Assembly (NCBI GenBank): GCA_030550585.1
Contig: JAUQPB010000002.1
Coordinates: 32,001-96,000, forward strand
Length of the DNA: 64,000 nucleotides
Direction: 5' to 3'
DNA from: Thermoproteota archaeon
GTDB lineage: Archaea; Thermoproteota; Thermoprotei_A; Sulfolobales; Ignisphaeraceae
The position numbers were made by a program, and so were the translations under genes. Position 1 is the first letter of the stretch. Every line of letters begins with the position of its first letter. Below the pieces are notes generated by a model, which made no database searches, had not been told where the DNA came from, and saw only the letters and a list, made by a program, of their open reading frames with translations. Below, in pieces: positions 61,057 through 64,000 of the stretch.

Positions 61057-62082
61057 ATGGCACATAGAAAAACAAGCGCTCCTAAGAGAGGCAGTCTCGG
61101 TGTAAGGCCTAGAAAAAGAGCTTCTGAGATTATTCCAAGGGTGAAAAACTGGCCAATAATACAAACAGATACACCAAAACTTCTAGGCTTCTTAGGTTAT
61201 AAAGTTGGAATGACACATGTTATATTAGTGGATGATAGACCAGGGACACCTACGCAAGGCAAAGAAATCTTTGTGCCAGTAACAATTATTGAAACACCAC
61301 AGATGGTTCCAATAGCTATGAGGGTATATGGCATTAATGAATATGGTGGTCTAGGACTTTTAAAGGATGTATGGATAGAACCTCCCAAGGAGATAGAAAT
61401 ATGGAGACGAATACCAACATATAGACCTTCAGCAAATATTAATGAAAGGATAGAGTGGATCAAGAATAACATTTCTTCAATAAAACGAGTGTCTGTCGTT
61501 CTTGCAGCAAATGTTAGATCCGTTGGAGGTTTGAGCAAGAAGGCGCCCGATCTAATAGAGGTTGCCATAGGTGGGGGAGATATAAATCAAAGAGTTTCAT
61601 ATGCAATAGACATAATGGGAAAGAACATCACTGTCGATGCCGTCTTCAGTCCTGGACAATTTATTGATATTATAGGTGTGACAAGGGGTAAGGGGTTCCA
61701 AGGGGTGATTAAGAGATTTGGTGTAAAAGAGTTGCCAAAATGGCACAAACACAGAAAAGGAAGCAGAAGAATTGGAAGTAGAAGTCCAACAATTGGTGCC
61801 ATGTCTGAGGTACCACAAGCTGGTCAAATGGGATTCCACCGTAGGACAGAGTTCAATAAGAGGATTATTGCCATGGGAGATGATGGATATGCTATAACCC
61901 CCGCAGGCGGTTTTCCGCATTATGGTATAGTCAAATCAAAGTGGATAATGATATGGGGTAGCTGTGCAGGCACCCCCAAGAGACCCCTCGTTCTTAGATG
62001 GCCTATAAGACCACCTAAATGGATCCCCTCCGCCCCACCAACAATAGTCTATGTAAGTCTAGAAAGCAAGATCAGGGGTTGA
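61057..62082 (+). CDS. rpl3: 50S ribosomal protein L3
   Basis: PKRGSLG..PRKRA, GYKVGMTH, GKGFQG, AGQMGFH.RTEFNKRI. Confidence 0.97.
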   Translation: MAHRKTSAPKRGSLGVRPRKRASEIIPRVKNWPIIQTDTPKLLGFLGYKVGMTHVILVDDRPGTPTQGKEIFVPVTIIETPQMVPIAMRVYGINEYGGLGLLKDVWIEPPKEIEIWRRIPTYRPSANINERIEWIKNNISSIKRVSVVLAANVRSVGGLSKKAPDLIEVAIGGGDINQRVSYAIDIMGKNITVDAVFSPGQFIDIIGVTRGKGFQGVIKRFGVKELPKWHKHRKGSRRIGSRSPTIGAMSEVPQAGQMGFHRRTEFNKRIIAMGDDGYAITPAGGFPHYGIVKSKWIMIWGSCAGTPKRPLVLRWPIRPPKWIPSAPPTIVYVSLESKIRG

Positions 62083-62087
62083 GAGAT

Positions 62088-62906
62088 ATGGTTAACAAAT
62101 TTATAGTTGTATATCCTATTGAAAAGAGATATGGAACTCTACTAGACCTGAATGGAAATGTTGTCGATAGAGTTGAACTTCCTCTGATCTTTAGTTATCC
62201 TATTAGAATAGATCTGATTAGAAGAGCGGTTATATCATCCCTAACAGCAAGACTTCAACCAAAAGGTAGAGACCCCCTAGCTGGCAAAAGAAGAGTTGGA
62301 GAATCATGGGGTATAGGATATAGTGTGGCAAGGGTTCCTCGACTGGATAATGGTAGGGCTGTTTTTGCTCCCAATGTTGTTGGCGGAAGGAGGCAGTTCG
62401 CACCAACAACATTGAGGAGAATTCACGAAGATATAAATAAAAAAGAAATGAAAATTGCAATTATTTCGGCATTATCTGCACTAGCTGATCCTAAATACGT
62501 CTTTTCTAGAGGGTATTCAATTCCTCAACAAATACAGTCACTACCAATAATTGTGGTTAACGAATTTGAGAATATTAGCTCATCTAAAGAGGTTAGAGAG
62601 TATTTAATGAAGACTGGTCTTTGGCAGAATGTCGAAAGAGCGCAAGAAAATACAAAAATCAGAAGTGGAAAAGGAAAGATGAGGGGAAGAAGATACAAGG
62701 AGCCCAAAAGCATATTGTTCATAATTTCATCTATTCAATCTCCAATTGTTAAAGCCATTAGAAATCTGCCAGGAGTAGATTACCTCACTCCAGAAACCTT
62801 AGATATATGCAAGCTTGCACCTGGTGCAATGCCAGGCAGACTTGCTATTATAACACAAAAAGCTTTGGATGCACTTTCAAGGCGCTTTGTGGTGGAGAAG
62901 CCATGA
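62088..62906 (+). CDS. rpl4: 50S ribosomal protein L4
   Basis: R.DLIRRA, ESWGIG...ARVPR, GKGKMRGRRY, LAPG..PGRL. Confidence 0.96.
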   Translation: MVNKFIVVYPIEKRYGTLLDLNGNVVDRVELPLIFSYPIRIDLIRRAVISSLTARLQPKGRDPLAGKRRVGESWGIGYSVARVPRLDNGRAVFAPNVVGGRRQFAPTTLRRIHEDINKKEMKIAIISALSALADPKYVFSRGYSIPQQIQSLPIIVVNEFENISSSKEVREYLMKTGLWQNVERAQENTKIRSGKGKMRGRRYKEPKSILFIISSIQSPIVKAIRNLPGVDYLTPETLDICKLAPGAMPGRLAIITQKALDALSRRFVVEKP

Positions 62907-63175
62907 GCCAGGACGTTATAAGTAAGAAAAATGTAATTGTAAGTGTTGTTACAACAGAAAAAGCATATCTACTAGCTGAAAAATATAACTACATAACTGT
63001 AAAAGTATATAGAAATGTCAATAAAAAGGAGATAAAAGAGTACATTGAAAAGACACTTAATGTGAGGATAGTGAAGGTAAATACCTTAATTGATAGAGAT
63101 GGTTATAAAAAGGCTTATGTCAAGCTAGCACCAGAGCATAGAGCACTTGACATTATAGAAAGGCTTTCACGATAA
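62903..63175 (+). CDS. rpl23: 50S ribosomal protein L23
   Basis: TTEKA, KVNTLI...GYKKAYVKL. Confidence 0.94.
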   Translation: MSQDVISKKNVIVSVVTTEKAYLLAEKYNYITVKVYRNVNKKEIKEYIEKTLNVRIVKVNTLIDRDGYKKAYVKLAPEHRALDIIERLSR

Positions 63176-63185
63176 CATTTATGAG

Positions 63186-63241
63186 AAAATGATGTAACTG
63201 CCGAGTACTGAAAAATGATGATAGGATCCCCTACCTGAATC
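63186..63241 (+). ncRNA. Candidate C/D-box sRNA downstream of rpl23
   Basis: C-like ATGATGT 63189-63195, D' CTGA 63208-63211, C' ATGATGA 63215-63221, D CTGA 63235-63238; 12-13-nt guides. Confidence 0.7.
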
Positions 63242-63265
63242 ATGGTTTTATGAGGTTTCGGATTA

Positions 63266-63538
63266 ATGTCGTCAAAATCTGTAAAAAGAATAAACATGTT
63301 TTTGTTAATCAATGACGAAAATCAATTAGATTTTATCGTAGAAAGACTGAAAAATATTTGCAAGGAATGTACATGTAGCTTTAATGTCCGTCGTAGTAAT
63401 ATCATTGAAAGATTTTATTATATAGCTATAACAATTCATATGAATGTAGAAGAGGTTAAGAAGCATATAGAAGAATTGACAAAAGAAATAGATCCATTTA
63501 TTTCATGGCATAAAATAGAAGTCATAGAAGTTAGATAG
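63266..63538 (+). CDS. Hypothetical protein (possible ferredoxin-like fold)
   Basis: 90-aa ORF with alternating beta/alpha pattern. Confidence 0.5.
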   Translation: MSSKSVKRINMFLLINDENQLDFIVERLKNICKECTCSFNVRRSNIIERFYYIAITIHMNVEEVKKHIEELTKEIDPFISWHKIEVIEVR

Positions 63539-63551
63539 CAGATAGAAATTC

Positions 63552-63968
63552 TTAGACAAGAATTGCCAGTCCAAAGGGCGGTATCGATATCAATATGATT
63601 TTTAGAATGCGTGGAACAAGTATTTGACTAGGCTTTGCCAAAGATATTACGGTAAATAGAATCAGATATGCTATTGATGTAAATAGAGTTATGAATCTAA
63701 AGAACAAAACCTCTATGCCTAAGATTATCATCGTTAAACCAATAGTTATAAACAGATCCGGCAACAACTCATTGCAGGTGTTGCTATGCTCCTTCTCTGT
63801 TCTATGCATATTAAAAAATGGTCTTAAAAATTTTAATAATGAAGCAACTATGATGAATAGCATTAGTGTTGATGCGACATCGCCTGTGAAGATAAAGTAT
63901 AGAAACAGCTCTAATAGGAGCTTATGTTGGTTATTATTCTTGAGCACTATTATCACATTTACTGACAT
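63552..63968 (-). CDS. Hypothetical membrane protein (start may lie outside window)
   Basis: Several hydrophobic segments. Confidence 0.45.
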   Translation of the reverse strand: MSVNVIIVLKNNNQHKLLLELFLYFIFTGDVASTLMLFIIVASLLKFLRPFFNMHRTEKEHSNTCNELLPDLFITIGLTMIILGIEVLFFRFITLFTSIAYLILFTVISLAKPSQILVPRILKIILISIPPFGLAILV

Positions 63969-64000
63969 TAGTATTGTAGATACGATAAGGAATGCAAATG

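Overview
AT-rich crenarchaeal chromosome segment (gene content and style suggest Desulfurococcales, Ignisphaera-like; this is an inference). Core regions hold the TFB C-terminus, rpoP, aIF1, speE, a complete pyrFEBIKCD operon, a translation superoperon (rnp4 to rpl10), a vWA-FHA-Ser/Thr kinase module, glgP, galT/galK, a trm5-like gene, a rearranged S10 cluster, four tRNAs (Glu with a non-canonical BHB intron, Thr, Arg, Gln) and four candidate C/D-box sRNAs. The main accessory feature is a ~20-kb island integrated at tRNA-Thr(UGU) (24147-44452) with an intact tyrosine integrase. It has three att copies, one of them inverted and flanked by element arms on both sides, and a conserved TTGCATG-N14-CATGCAA motif inside both ends. 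Its cargo looks like chromosomal DNA of a related archaeon: a truncated nitroreductase, an orphan 46-repeat CRISPR array whose leader end is fused flush to a 5'-truncated second pyr operon, a membrane-anchored GH5-like enzyme, and a 4-gene membrane/HExxH/ABC operon. A second tiny relic island at tRNA-Arg(GCG) carries vapBC. Chimeric assembly cannot be excluded from sequence alone.
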